DNA of 63,327 nucleotides, filler included, from Octopus bimaculoides (lineage: Eukaryota), in NCBI RefSeq assembly GCF_001194135.2. It is 4 parts of 4 records of this genome, joined end to end, with 100 filler letters (N's around TTAATTAATTAA, not from the genome) between each part and the next. Parts side by side here need not be neighbours in the genome. Positions count along the whole stretch, not along the records: positions 46,661 to 55,554 come from NC_068996.1; positions 55,655 to 63,327 come from NC_068981.1; 2 more parts are not named here. One strand, 5' to 3'. Of this stretch, positions 51,511-63,327 are shown piece after piece; position 1 is the stretch's first letter; each line of letters begins with the position of its first letter. A program made the position numbers and the translations under genes. The notes below the pieces were generated by a model. It was not told the DNA's origin. It was given only the letters and a program-made list of their open reading frames with translations, and did not search any database.

Positions 51511-52794
51511 CGATCACAACTGCTTAACTTTCCAAGCTAATGAAGAGTGCGATTTCCCAAGCTGAATGAAGCGTGCGATTTCAGAAGGGGACTACTTCGA
51601 AGGAGATTAAACGCCGATGATCATATGTACTTAGTTTTCTTTTTATAACACCAGTCCCGATACTTTATGATAGGACCTCGTATGTATCACATATACAAAT
51701 ATGTTTGTATTAAATGCATATTGAAACTCTCCCTCCCCTCACTTTCACACACACATAAACACACAACCATACACGTCCAAATAAGATATTTGCCGAAATA
51801 TTTCCGTTAATTAAGCTATATATTCTTTACTTTATACGTTATATAATTCATTAAAATTATATAAATTTATTAAATAAGAAATGCAACGAATTAAATAAGG
51901 ATGTATTTATAAGCCCTTTATATTAATAATCTACTTTTTTTTGTATCTGTTTGTGTTTTGTATTTTCTGAGTTTCCTGTCTTCTATAATTTTATCACCGT
52001 ATTAATATTAATCCTATTCTTATTAAAGAAAAGGTTGTCATTTCGATAATTTTTCAAAAATTCTGGCAAGCCTTTAAGAAACACCCAAGGCTTAAGCTGT
52101 TTGGCATTTTATCGCGTGTTTCCTCTGCTCCTTTGAGGATTTTAAGTTTTGTTGGAAGGAAAGAGATAGATAGCTGCATGGTGTAAATGGTGGTAATGGT
52201 CGCAGTCGTTGTCGTGAAATCTAGTAGCCATGGTAATGGTGATTAGTTGTGATGGCGGTTGTGCTGCTGACGATAGTACTCGAGGTCGAGTCGTTTGTGG
52301 AAATGCAGTTGCCACATCAATGCTTGATTTTAGTTTAGTTTTGTTTTTTTTCTTTTTCATAATGGAATTCGTGTCTTAATAATGCATCTTCCGACAAAAT
52401 GTTGAACTTTAATCTCATCTTTGGCAATTGGATTAGTTTATATCTTAAAGCACATGTGCGTGATTAAGCGATAAACTCAATTTAATTTGGCTAGAAAAAG
52501 AAATCAATACTGATTCGGGCAAAATGCCTGGTTAGTGTGTTTGGAATAATATTATTCGTCTAATAATATGGGTCTGTTCTGATTTTCAAATGCTTAATTT
52601 TGGTTATATTTCGTTTTGTTTCTATCTTCGACATTTTTGATTTGTTACACTGTTATGTTTAATTACGTTGGAGTAATTTTGCTGCAGATAAAATGAAATA
52701 TTTTCAATAAATTTATTCCGTTCATTTATTTTCTCAACACGATTATTAAAAGATGCCACCAATATCTTTTAAATCGATTCATGAACACAGAAAA

Positions 52795-52807
52795 TAATAA
52801 CAACAGC

Positions 52808-52898
<91 letters not shown>
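52795..52898. repeat. (CAA)n(TAA)n tract
   Basis: Seen directly. Confidence 0.97.
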
Positions 52899-53008
52899 GG
52901 TATTTTTTTTTCCTTTTGAACTTTTAAAAATTGCTCAAACTGTCACATTGATGGATATGTATTTGAGAGTAATTATATACATACATACATACATACATNN
53001 NNNNNNNN

Positions 53009-53041
<33 letters not shown>

Positions 53042-54557
53042 ATGGATGTGTAGGTGTGTTGTTAACAGGAAGTGCGTATTGTGTACATTCATTTATGCAT
53101 ATCTGTATAAAGTTACTTATTTGTTCATGTTTCTCCATATTCCTTTTTATGTTACACCAATTACCAGAAGAATTCCTGCAAGCAGTAGGTATCTGAAGAG
53201 TGCTTATTATCAACCTAGGAATGGATGAAAGACAAAACAACTGCAATGGGATTTCAATACCAAACATAAAATGTTATATCTGAATACCAAAAATGCATTG
53301 CACCTGGCACTGTATAGATTCTTCTCTTTACAAACCTCTATAATATCGATGATAATAATAATAGTAGTCCTGATATTTATTTTTGTTGTAGCATTTTTTT
53401 TTCAATATAATAGTAATGAACTCAATATAAGAGCGTTCTACTCCATTCCCACATCAAAAGGTTTAGTGGAAAATTTGTCGATGTCTTCAAACGACGTTGG
53501 TTTAAATCAGAAAGGGAATCAGATGTTAATGATGGCATTGATAGATCATTGATCCTCGCTAAATTACAGAACAAAACTACAAATAAATTTCCCTTAGAAA
53601 TAATAATTTCTTTTATTGGTTACAGAAATAATTGTATGAATGTGGTGAGAAAGCTGAGAAAACGAAACGGTTTCGATGTGCGGTTGAAGTAAATTCACTC
53701 AACTTAGGCGCTAATTCCCTTCAAAAAGCTAATAAAATCTTGCCCCAACCTCCTCATCCCACTGAAACACACAACCTTTGTGCCGTGAAAAACTAAAATA
53801 TAAATAAATAATAAAGAAATAAATAACAATATTGATGAGAACCAAGAAGTATTAATGTCTTTTAAATTAGGTACAAAGTAGGTACATTCGATTGATTTGT
53901 CATCCAATAAATCATCGATATTAGTTTCAAGGCACATGGCTGAAAGATGAAGATACCAGCTTGACGTGGAACGGGAATGTAAGAGGGAAAATATTTCGAA
54001 TGCATGCATAGCTGTTTGGTTAAAATGTTCGCGCCGTTAGCACTATGGTTTCGTGTTCAATCGCACCGCTCGACATGTTTAGATTGACATGTATTTTTGC
54101 TATACATTCAAGTTGGCATGCATTTTGAATGGATTTTGATATAGGAAGACGCGGATCCTATATCTGAGAGATAAATTTAATCTGCCATTTTGTTTAACTC
54201 CTCACTTTGGACCTTGTGTGCCTTTAGTGTGACAAACTGTGCTACAAAACATTTAGTGTAGGTCTCATGTCTGTGGATGATTAAACTCCATTCTTCAGTC
54301 TCGGGGACTTTGAGAAAAGTCGTGATAGCTACGCTTGATTTGTTGACTAATCTATGAACAAACTTTAAAGAGTCGCAACCAGCGTCTTGTTCGAAGAAGA
54401 ATTCGTCGTCTCTGATATAGGAAAAGAGACCTATCGATATTGTGTATATATTATGACATTTGTAAAGGGACTGAAGGAGAAACTAATAGAAACTTGGGAA
54501 GAGAAGGAATTAAAATGTTAGTTCAGTAGAAAAGAAACAATTGATGTCAGATGAACG

Positions 54558-54765
54558 GTAGGTTAGACGCAGGAGTTACGTGAACCGTAGGTTAAACATG
54601 GAAGGGGTTAAATAGACACAGTAAGTTAGACACAGCGTAGTTGGGCGCAGAAGACGCAACGTGAAGCATAGTTTAGGCATAATGTAGCGTTAGTGGATGG
54701 TAGGTTAGACATAGAAGAGCTTACATGAACGATATAAATCAGGCAATGAAGCGGTTACGTGAACG
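54558..54765. repeat. Degenerate minisatellite, about 31-bp unit, about 7 copies
   Basis: Consensus close to gtaggttagacatagaagagttacgtgaacg. Confidence 0.75.
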
Positions 54766-55554
54766 ATAGATACAATTTCAGTAGCTATGAAGAGAATAAT
54801 GTCTATGAGTGGATGTGTACGGATATCGAGAGAAGAGACCTAACAAATAAGTGGGTGGTTAAGTTGAGAAGAGGGGGGAAAATGTCAGAAAAGGTTTCAT
54901 TGAAACGAATACAAGTAGAGTTAAAGGAGTGACACAGCTGAAATATTGATGAGGATGCAGATTGTATGTTTTACTGTGCAAGAAAGTCTCTTTATATGCC
55001 TTCCAGTAACTTTCATTTTTATTGTTATCTAACATGTCAGCAATAATCGTTGATGGCAGTTGTCGCGTATCAGCCAGTCACACAAGAGCCTTTGTATCTT
55101 CGTCTTGAGTCTTCTTTAAAATTAGCAATTTCTCGAGGCAAATTAAGTTTCTTGTGAGCTGAACTTGTCGAAAATATTATTACACTCCCTTCTTCTTTTA
55201 TTCATCGATAATGTTATACATGACATTTGAAAGTAAAGTTTAGGATAGGTGAAGATAAATTTACCGCTAAACTTTCTATCTCTCTCTTCTCCCACCAGTT
55301 TCGGGAGGATCTGAGAAAAATTCTTGGATGATGCTATTTCTCTCGATAAATCATATAACTATTCTTATGTCCTCGCTCATATATAAATAGACACATGAAC
55401 TGACAGACTCACAGATAGATAGATATATAGATAGAAAGAATAGATAGATATCTTTTTATTATAGCCACACAGGGCTAAATACAGAAAATGGACAAATTAC
55501 AAAGTAGAGCTTTTGGGGGGGGGGATGATTTGGATCAAAAGGGATCGTGGGAAG

Positions 55555-55654
55555 NNNNNNNNNNNNNNNNNNNNNNNNNNNNNNNNNNNNNNNNNNNNTT
55601 AATTAATTAANNNNNNNNNNNNNNNNNNNNNNNNNNNNNNNNNNNNNNNNNNNN
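55555..55654. other. Artificial assembly join
   Basis: 44 N + TTAATTAATTAA + 44 N. Confidence 0.97.
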
Positions 55655-55715
<61 letters not shown>

Positions 55716-56251
55716 TTAATGTTTCTTTTTATGTCAAATGACTTCAAAATTTTAGCTTGCTTCCCATCATCAGATTGTGATTAATTTTGGGTCTTTCTGG
55801 TTATATAATCTCGGACCAATTGGTTTTATTTAGAGGGTGAGAGTTTGATTATGGTAATTAAGTGTGGTGTATGTAAATAGAAGGAGCAGTTATGTAAGAA
55901 GGTTGGGAAGAAAGTATGTGTCTGTAGGTTGTGGGTTGACAGAAAGTATGATAAAATGATTTATTTTGCTTTCATGTGGGAATTTTGTTATTGTTTAGGA
56001 TTTAGATAGACATGGAAATAAAGTGTAAAGTGATGAAGAGTCATATTTACTTCATGATATTTTTTATATATAAGTTTAGTTTTTTGGTATTTTAGGGTTC
56101 ACAAAAGGATGTTTGTAGATAAATCATTTGGTCACTCAGCATGGGTCAAACTGTGACTGAATTTGGTGTTGGTGTTACTAGCTTTGATAAATAAATAAAT
56201 GTGTATAAAACTACCTGTTGAAGGTAGTTTCTCTTGTGTTTAAATGTACAC

Positions 56252-56304
<53 letters not shown>

Positions 56305-56421
56305 ATATGCATTTCAACTTATTTTATATATATACACACACACACACATATGTACCTGATACATGTACATGCACATATGAATATTGATAACTGAAACTTT
56401 CTTTTACAAATCTTTCTTCAG

Positions 56422-56595
56422 GTGCTCAGTATTTTAGGAATTGCACTTGCCTGTTCTTCACTTAAAAAGAAATGGGATATCAGACAGACTATTGGTTGGA
56501 TACTTACTTCACTGCCCATCTTCATAATTTCTCTTTACATAATTCACAAACTTATTGTTGAATTCAGCAAGAAAGATAACTTACAAAAATCAGAG
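56422..56595 (+). CDS. Internal coding exon (58 codons, phase 0-0) of an unidentified membrane protein
   Basis: Acceptor tctttcttcag|GTG and donor CAGAG|gtaagt; open frame VLSILGIALACSSLKKKWDIRQTIGWILTSLPIFIISLYIIHKLIVEFSKKDNLQKSE with two hydrophobic segments; lies in repeat-poor intron-like DNA. Confidence 0.8.
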
Positions 56596-59500
56596 GTAAG
56601 TGGATTTTTTACTAAGATTTTGCATAACTATTACTAAAAACTACAAAAAAGGAAAATGATTTCAACTTATTTACATCCAACCTGCTATGCTTCATCTCAA
56701 TAAAATATGGAAAAATACATTTATGGAAGGTTATATTTCTTTGGAATTTTTTATAAATTAGTTTGATATCTGTTATATGTTTTAGATATACCAAATTATA
56801 TAGAAAAATGATTATCTACTTTAAATTCTTTGTACAACTTCATGATATGTTTGAATTATACACCTCAAGTTATGTCATACTGATGATTTCTAAAAAGAAT
56901 GAAGCCATACTGTATATGGCTACCTAAGACTAGAAATTTTAAAATTTTTGTAATAAGTAAACAGTCAAAGTTAAATATGTACATTCTATGCACCTTTTTT
57001 ATTTCTTAATTTAAAATTCAAATTTCTGATCTTGCCAAATATTATGATGAAACGATTATTTTTTTAAACTAACTGTCCACAAGGGACTCCACATTTTTAT
57101 ATTCCTTTTTTCAAGCCATCTAATAAGATGCACATTATTAAAGTTATTGCTGTTGTTATGTAACTTCAGGTCAACACTGATCACATTCTAGCCATGACAA
57201 TTCTATTTTCTTTTTTACATTCATGACTATATGTCCTGTGCATACTTCCTTTTATTTTTAAGGTGGTTTGAAGGAGATTTGATTATTACTCCTAGTAGAG
57301 AAAGTGACCACAAAAAGGTGCCCTCATTGGCATATTTTCAGACAAAGGAAAATATGAAGTTGTGATGTGCATTGCCTACAAGAGGAGCATTCAGCCAGTA
57401 CATTGGTCCAGGTCCTGGAGATCCAATGAAAGACACTTGACTATTTGCTGGGCTCCCTTCCTTAAAAAAAAGACTCAAACTCACAGTTTCTCCTTTGCTA
57501 AATTTGTCTCAGAGGAGCCAATGATCATGCATTTTCTAAACATATTAATGGAAATAGATGAAACAAAATAGTTCCAGCTGTAAACTGAAACTGACACACA
57601 GACATGGTTATTAGAGGCTGTCACTTACTTACCTGAAGTGACTGATAATGTTACAAAGTGAAAGAAAAGTTTGAAATCATAATTTAAAAATTATGAGACT
57701 CTTTTTACAGAAGAATAGAAAAGAGGATCAAGTGGTATTCTACTAGCTAACATAAGAATTACTTGCATTTCATTGAGTAAGATGTGACTGCTTTTTCTAG
57801 CAAGTCGTTAAACCACATATAATCTTCTTCATTGGCTTGATCATGTTATTTTCTTGTGTCTCTAGATAGTTAGTTCTAAGGAGTAAATTCCTAGCCTTCA
57901 TTAAATAGAATTTATAAAAGAACATCTTACTGAAGATACTGAAACTAAAGCATTATCAATTTCTTGTTGAAACATTTCATTTAGGTACAATGTAAATCAA
58001 GGCAATAGTTAAATGTTAGCTATTAACAGCTTTTAAGCCAAACTTGAAAATGCTAGTTTGTTCATAATATCTTTTTTCTATATATTGGAAAAATATTTCA
58101 TAATGTTCCAATATTTATTAAATTTATTTTTGACTTGATTGTTTGCCTTTCAATCTTACTTCCTTTGGTAATTGATTCAAGTTTCTATAGATTTTAATGG
58201 AGGTGTCTTGTTAGTTTTCTCACTCTATTTCAATGGCTTATAGTTGATTGATGTAATCCAATATATCGCATTGTTGAGGCTAAATTTTCTCCTTATCTTT
58301 CTGTAGGAATATATCACATTTTTCTTTTCCATCAACTTAGGGTAATTGAAGTACTATAATTTTAGTCTTATACGGCAAACCTTTGAAAATTATAATCAAT
58401 TTAGTTGTATTCCATTGTATATTTTCTATAAGAAATAACTCTTTGAAGTATAGTTATAATGTTGCTAATTTTGAGGAGTGATCCTACAATAGTCTTCAAA
58501 AGTATTACAAACATATTTTTATTAATTACTGAAAACGTTTTTTATTGCTTCCAAAATTATGTAATTTTGTTAGGCAGCAACAGTATAATTATTAATTTGC
58601 AAGTCTCTATCAATGATCACAGTAAGATCTTTCTCTTCAGAGATATCCTTAATTTCATTAAAGTCTGCAAATAAAAACTAATATTTTTTTTACATTGAAA
58701 AGCCCCTTAACACTTTTGCTACCATATGTTTGTCGGAAAACACTGCATTTGTTTTAATTAATTTTGGAAAAAGAAGTTAGTAAATCAGCTGTCATTAAAC
58801 TGGTATTTAGAACAAAAATCAAAAATAAACCCGAAATTTTGATGAAAGCTTTTTAATTTAGATCACTTTGAAATAAGAACAGGAGAGTTAGTATCAATAG
58901 GGTTAAACAGAAATATCAGACACCATAGCACACATTTGCAAAGCACTTGAACAGATGCCTGAATTTTTCATAAAACTAAAAGAAAAAAAATGCCAAAATA
59001 ACAAATCCCTTAAACACAGAACCAATTTCAGCTAATTTCACTGAGAAGTATGATAAAGCACTGAAATGTTTTGAGGGGATCTAATTGTTAATGACAGGAC
59101 ACAGAAGGATATGTTTTGTTAGATAGTGGTCAACAGGTTCATACTTTTGTTTGTGTCAACTACAGAAAGTGTTGAACATAAGGGAAAAGACAAATTTACT
59201 CGGAGATCATGTCCTAAAATATAATTGCTTCTTTCTTTAAACACTTCTCCTTTCATGTGATACTCTTTTCTTCTATGTTGTATTTAGCTGTGCTTACTCT
59301 TTTCTTTCTCAGTTTTTCTTTCTCTTTAATTTTTTTAATTTATCTGTTAACGACAATCACATTTTCCTTTCATCGGAACTAATTTAAACTTTAACTGTAG
59401 AGTGAATTAATTTTGAGTTATTTCTTTTCTTTTTTCTTCTTTCTTAACATGTAAGCTTCGGGACAGAACAAGAAAAATAAAACACAAATCAGAAAGTAAA

Positions 59501-60164
59501 AGCATTAAAAAACTCTTTTCTCTTTCATTTTTAGATCTTATTTTGCTTATTTTTCTCTACTTTATGTCACACTTACCTTTATTGCTAAGTCAACAATGAA
59601 AGCTGGTGCATGCTGGAAGTTTTGACACATGAGCATACCATTTTTCCATCTTTCAGACAAAACCAAAGTCAACTACATTTTCTTTTTTAAGCCATAATTT
59701 TCTTGAGATAAAGGAAATTGGAAATAATATTTTACTAAATATCTACCATATAAAATGCAGTCTCACTTTGTGGTTATACCATTCTAATGAAATCCCTATC
59801 ATTATACAGTATATTTCACAGAGTAATTTTACACAGTAAAACACATAATTTACTGCATTAACCCTTTTCCTATCCAAAACATTTTCATAAGTTTGTCTTA
59901 AACAGCCATTCTTGTTTTCAAATTTTTAGTAAGCCCTTGTTTCATATGTTTTGAGTAATATAAAGCTTTCCTTTCATAAATGCCAAGTTACCCTAGTGAT
60001 TGAAAAAATTTGGAATGTATATCATATATGATGCATGGATACCAGGAAAATATGTCCTGTGTATTACATATGATACACAGGACAGACAAAGGGTTAACTG
60101 ATCTATACACTCCACCGTCTCTTACTGAAATATAGTTAATATTTACCTTGCCTGCTACACAAAT

Positions 60165-60390
60165 CTCCAATACTGGTTTCAAATTATGGCATGAGGTCTG
60201 CAAGTTCAGGGGAGGGGGAAAGCTGATTAAATCGACTGAGTGCTCAATTGGTACTTATTTTATTGACCTTGAAAGGATGAAAGTAACAGTCGACTTCAGT
60301 GGTATTTTGAACTCAGAACAATAAGATGGACAAAATGCCACTAAGCATTTTGCCTGTTGTGCTAACAATTCTGTCTGCTCACTGCCTTCA
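60165..60390 (-). mobile_element. SINE family A copy
   Basis: Reverse-orientation body ggtacttattttattgacc.tgaaaggatgaaag...gctaacaattctg. Confidence 0.85.
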
Positions 60391-60849
60391 AGGTCTCCAA
60401 TATTTTGTAGCACTTGACTCTTGGCTGTATAAAGCTGTATAAGGATTGTTTCATATTTTTTTATTTATCATTTTACATTGTTTTCATGTCTGAAATTTTC
60501 AATGCTATTATGGTGGTAGGTGTTGGGACGGCAGTGGTGGTGGTAATGGTAATGGTGACGGTGATGGTGCAAGCAGTGTTGTTGTTTTGGTTAATACTAG
60601 ATTAACCTTGGTCCAGAGACCTTTAATCAAAGGATTACCAACCACATCTATCTTTGTTCTCAAGGAATTAAACCCTCTCCAGTTGTTACTGAAATGATCT
60701 CCATACTGATTATGTTAATATGTCTCTTGCTAACTCAGTTGCCATTTTATTTTTCAATGTTGCATTTTGTGCTGAATACATTTTGTCAATTCTGTTTGAT
60801 GAGAGAACATCATCGATGTAGCCATTGAATCATTCAGGAGTTGTCACAT

Positions 60850-61085
60850 GACTAATACACTTATATGCCTGAGCCAGCCAGAGAGCTTCTATGCCATCAT
60901 TCAACTTAGTTTGCAAGAAACAACAACTGAGTCTCCTTCAAATCACACCCTATCATCTGACAAGAGCAAAAGATGCATTAATTAATATAGTCTTAGATAT
61001 TCCTAGTAAGACAGAATAGTCTTGGTTAGAATGCCATTGAACATTGATCCGCTCAATCAGGGTTGACCCAGGGTTAAACAAAAAG
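60850..61085 (+). mobile_element. SINE-like family D copy (fragments also near 12715-12920, 17495-17610, 43215-43385, 57165-57335, 60585-60660)
   Basis: Shared ggag.ttt.gctgctatttctag-type motif (reverse) and ggttgaccc.gggttaaacaa end. Confidence 0.6.
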
Positions 61086-61179
61086 AACTCCTATACTATG
61101 ATTCAGCCTAGCTCGGAACCAGCCAGTACTTTTGGCCATGCAACATTGTTTCAATATTTTTATTTGCCTGAAAAGCAGC

Positions 61180-61858
61180 AAGCAGGCAGAAACGTTAACA
61201 TGCCAGGCAAAATGCTTAGCAGTATTTCATCTGGTTTTATGTTCTGAGTTCAAATTCCGCTAAGGTTGACTTTGCCTTTCATCCTTTCGGGATCGATAAA
61301 TTAAGTACCAGTTGCATACTAGTGTCGATCTAATCAACTGGTCCCCTCCCCAAAAAATGTTGGGTTTTGTGCCTAGAGTAGAAAAAAATATTTCTATTTG
61401 TCTATGAGGCAGTGAACTGGTAGAATCATTAGCACGCCAGGCAAAATGCTTAGCAGTATTTCATCTTTCTTTATGTTCTGAGTTCGAATGCTGCTGAGGT
61501 CGACTTTGCCTTTCATTCTTTTGGGGATCAATATTGTAAGTACCAGTTGAGCACTGGGGTTGATCTAATTGACTTACATATTCCCCTGAACTTGCTGGCC
61601 TCGTGCCAAAATTTGAAACCAATGTTTCGTTTCACCTAAGGTAGTGAGCTGGCACAATCATAATCACACCAAGCAAAACGCTTAGTGGTTTTTCATCCAT
61701 CTTTACATTCTGAGTTCAACTTCTGCCATGGTCAACTTTGCCTGTCATACTTTCAGGGTCGATTAAATAAGTATCAGTTGAGCACTGGAGTTGATGTAAT
61801 TTCATTTACGCCCTTCCCCAAAATTGCTGGCCTTGTGTCAAAATTTGAAACCAATATT
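61180..61858 (+). mobile_element. Three tandem copies of SINE family A
   Basis: Three repeats of gcagaa..gttagcacgcc..gcaaaatgcttag...ttctgagttc..aggtcgactttgcctttcat...aagtaccagttg. Confidence 0.9.
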
Positions 61859-61877
61859 TCTATTTACTTGTCATCCA

Positions 61878-62110
61878 GGGTGAAGGCATGTGGTTTAGTG
61901 ATTAAGATGTTGCACTCATGATTGCAAGATCATGGTTTCAATTCCAGGATTGGGTGATGCATTGTACACTTCATTTCACATTGTTCCAGTTCACTTAGCT
62001 GTAAATGAGTAATCCAGCAATAACCTGGTGTACCATTTAGGGGAAATGTGATTTTGGTCACTTATACACCATGGAAACTGGATAACCAGGCCTAAGAATC
62101 CTAAGATTCA
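61878..62110 (+). mobile_element. tRNA-derived SINE with Nin-like central motif
   Basis: Head gcatgtggtttagtgattaag..ggtttcaattcc; ccagttcacttagctgtaaatgagta resembles the Nin-type CAGCTGTAAATG motif. Confidence 0.55.
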
Positions 62111-62885
62111 AGGTGGTAATGTGCATAGGAACATACTTTTATTGAGAATTTGTATGTGAGAAATGCAGTGTAAACATGTGCATGTGTGAAATGCAATTGG
62201 TTTAGAATCCACTCTGTTTTTGATAAATTTAGTGGATTTAAACTGTTGATGGCATTTGCAGCAGCTGAATGGAGGCATTGTACGACAGTTTTATTTTTTT
62301 CAAAATTTGTCGTAGAGAGTTGACATTTCAGGTCAAATTTGAAGATAAAAAATGTTGAAATACCCCTATATATATATATATATAGGGGTATATATATATA
62401 TATAATCCTGTTAATTTGCTATCTATTAATGGCAATTTTGAGGGCTAAGGTTGAGATGAGGGTTAAGGTTTGGGCTAGGTTGAAGGTTAGAGAAAGAATT
62501 AATTCTATGCTTATTTCAGTTCCATACTTTAATTCTTGAAGTAGACATTTGAAGTGGTGCATTTTTTGTAACCAGTATTTGTTTACATTTCTATATCAGC
62601 TAACATCAAGTATCGCCTATTAATATATAATATAGTTATGTGCATACATACGTGTGTGTATGAATATGAGTATACTAACTTGTATATATATGTATAAGAA
62701 ATCTTAAAAGTAGACAACTGCTGGTAAGTCAGAAATTTTGTTGCTTAATGTTAAATCAGTAAGTGGCCTGTGCTACAAGAGAAGGAAATAAATATGCTAC
62801 TCTTGATGATAGTGATGTTGAGACATATATGTCATAAAGATTTGTGTGTGTGTATATGCTTTTGTGTGTATGTATGTGTATATGT

Positions 62886-62926
<41 letters not shown>

Positions 62927-63142
62927 TGTATAGAGGAGTAAATACATACTTAAGAAATACAATTAAAATAGAAAAATTGAATAACAGTAGATCTATTAGA
63001 CAATATAAAAATACAAGTTCTAGAATATGAGTCTAAGATGTATGTCCAACGATAACAATATAACTCAAATCTTTGAGATGTAAGACACATCCACCATATA
63101 ACAGAAAACAAAAATAAAATCTAGCCCAGTTGCACGATACAT

Positions 63143-63327
63143 CATCATCATCATCATCATCGTTTAACGTCCGCTTTCCATGCTAGCATGGGTTGGACGA
63201 TTTGACTGAGAACTGGTGAAACAGGATGGCAACACCAGGCTCCAGTCTAATTTGGCAGAGTTTCTACAGCTGGATGCCCTTCCTAACGCCAACTGCTCAG
63301 AGAGTGTAGTGGGTGCTTTTACGTGTC
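63143..63327 (-). mobile_element. SINE with V-domain-like core, cut by the window edge
   Basis: Reverse complement gttggcgttaggaagggcatccagctgtag resembles the V-SINE motif GTCAGGAAGGGCATCC; end ggacgttaaac(gat)n. Confidence 0.7.

Noticed and set aside
53704-54009. 101-aa ATG ORF with apparent transmembrane segment
   Set aside because: Hydrophobic stretch comes from an AT-rich ttattt tract; no recognisable family and no good donor; not excluded, but unsupported
57595-57660. Strong minus-strand donor CAG|GTAAGT inside the + gene intron
   Set aside because: Only a 9-nt micro-exon can be built; no support

Overview
Repeat-dominated, AT-rich animal DNA, very probably an Octopus (coleoid cephalopod) genome; this is inferred from the SINE families and extreme microsatellite density, not from a database match. 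The window is a draft assembly with many N gaps and three artificial 100-bp joins (44N-TTAATTAATTAA-44N at about 20.5, 46.6 and 55.6 kb), so adjacency across those points is not sequence-proven. No complete gene is visible. The clearest coding signal is one + strand exon of a membrane protein (56422-56595). Weaker candidates are a - strand Cys-rich exon (50607-50938) and two decayed exon-like ORFs (11806-12486 +, 42483-42871 -) that share a spaced motif. The rest is SINEs (often in tandem or nested), restriction-like-endonuclease (R4/Dong-type) LINE fragments, RTE and Penelope fragments, two full-length decayed mariners, Tc1/maT-like and Chapaev3-like remnants, a MITE and microsatellites. Most worth checking: an R4-like LINE whose three copies all sit in (CATA)n in the same orientation, Penelope-type minimal hammerhead ribozyme motifs (27513-27552 and a head-to-head pair at 4597-4679), and a perfect 130-bp inverted repeat (14174-14477). 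No CRISPR, rRNA or true tRNA gene was found. All family assignments are by eye from remembered motifs.
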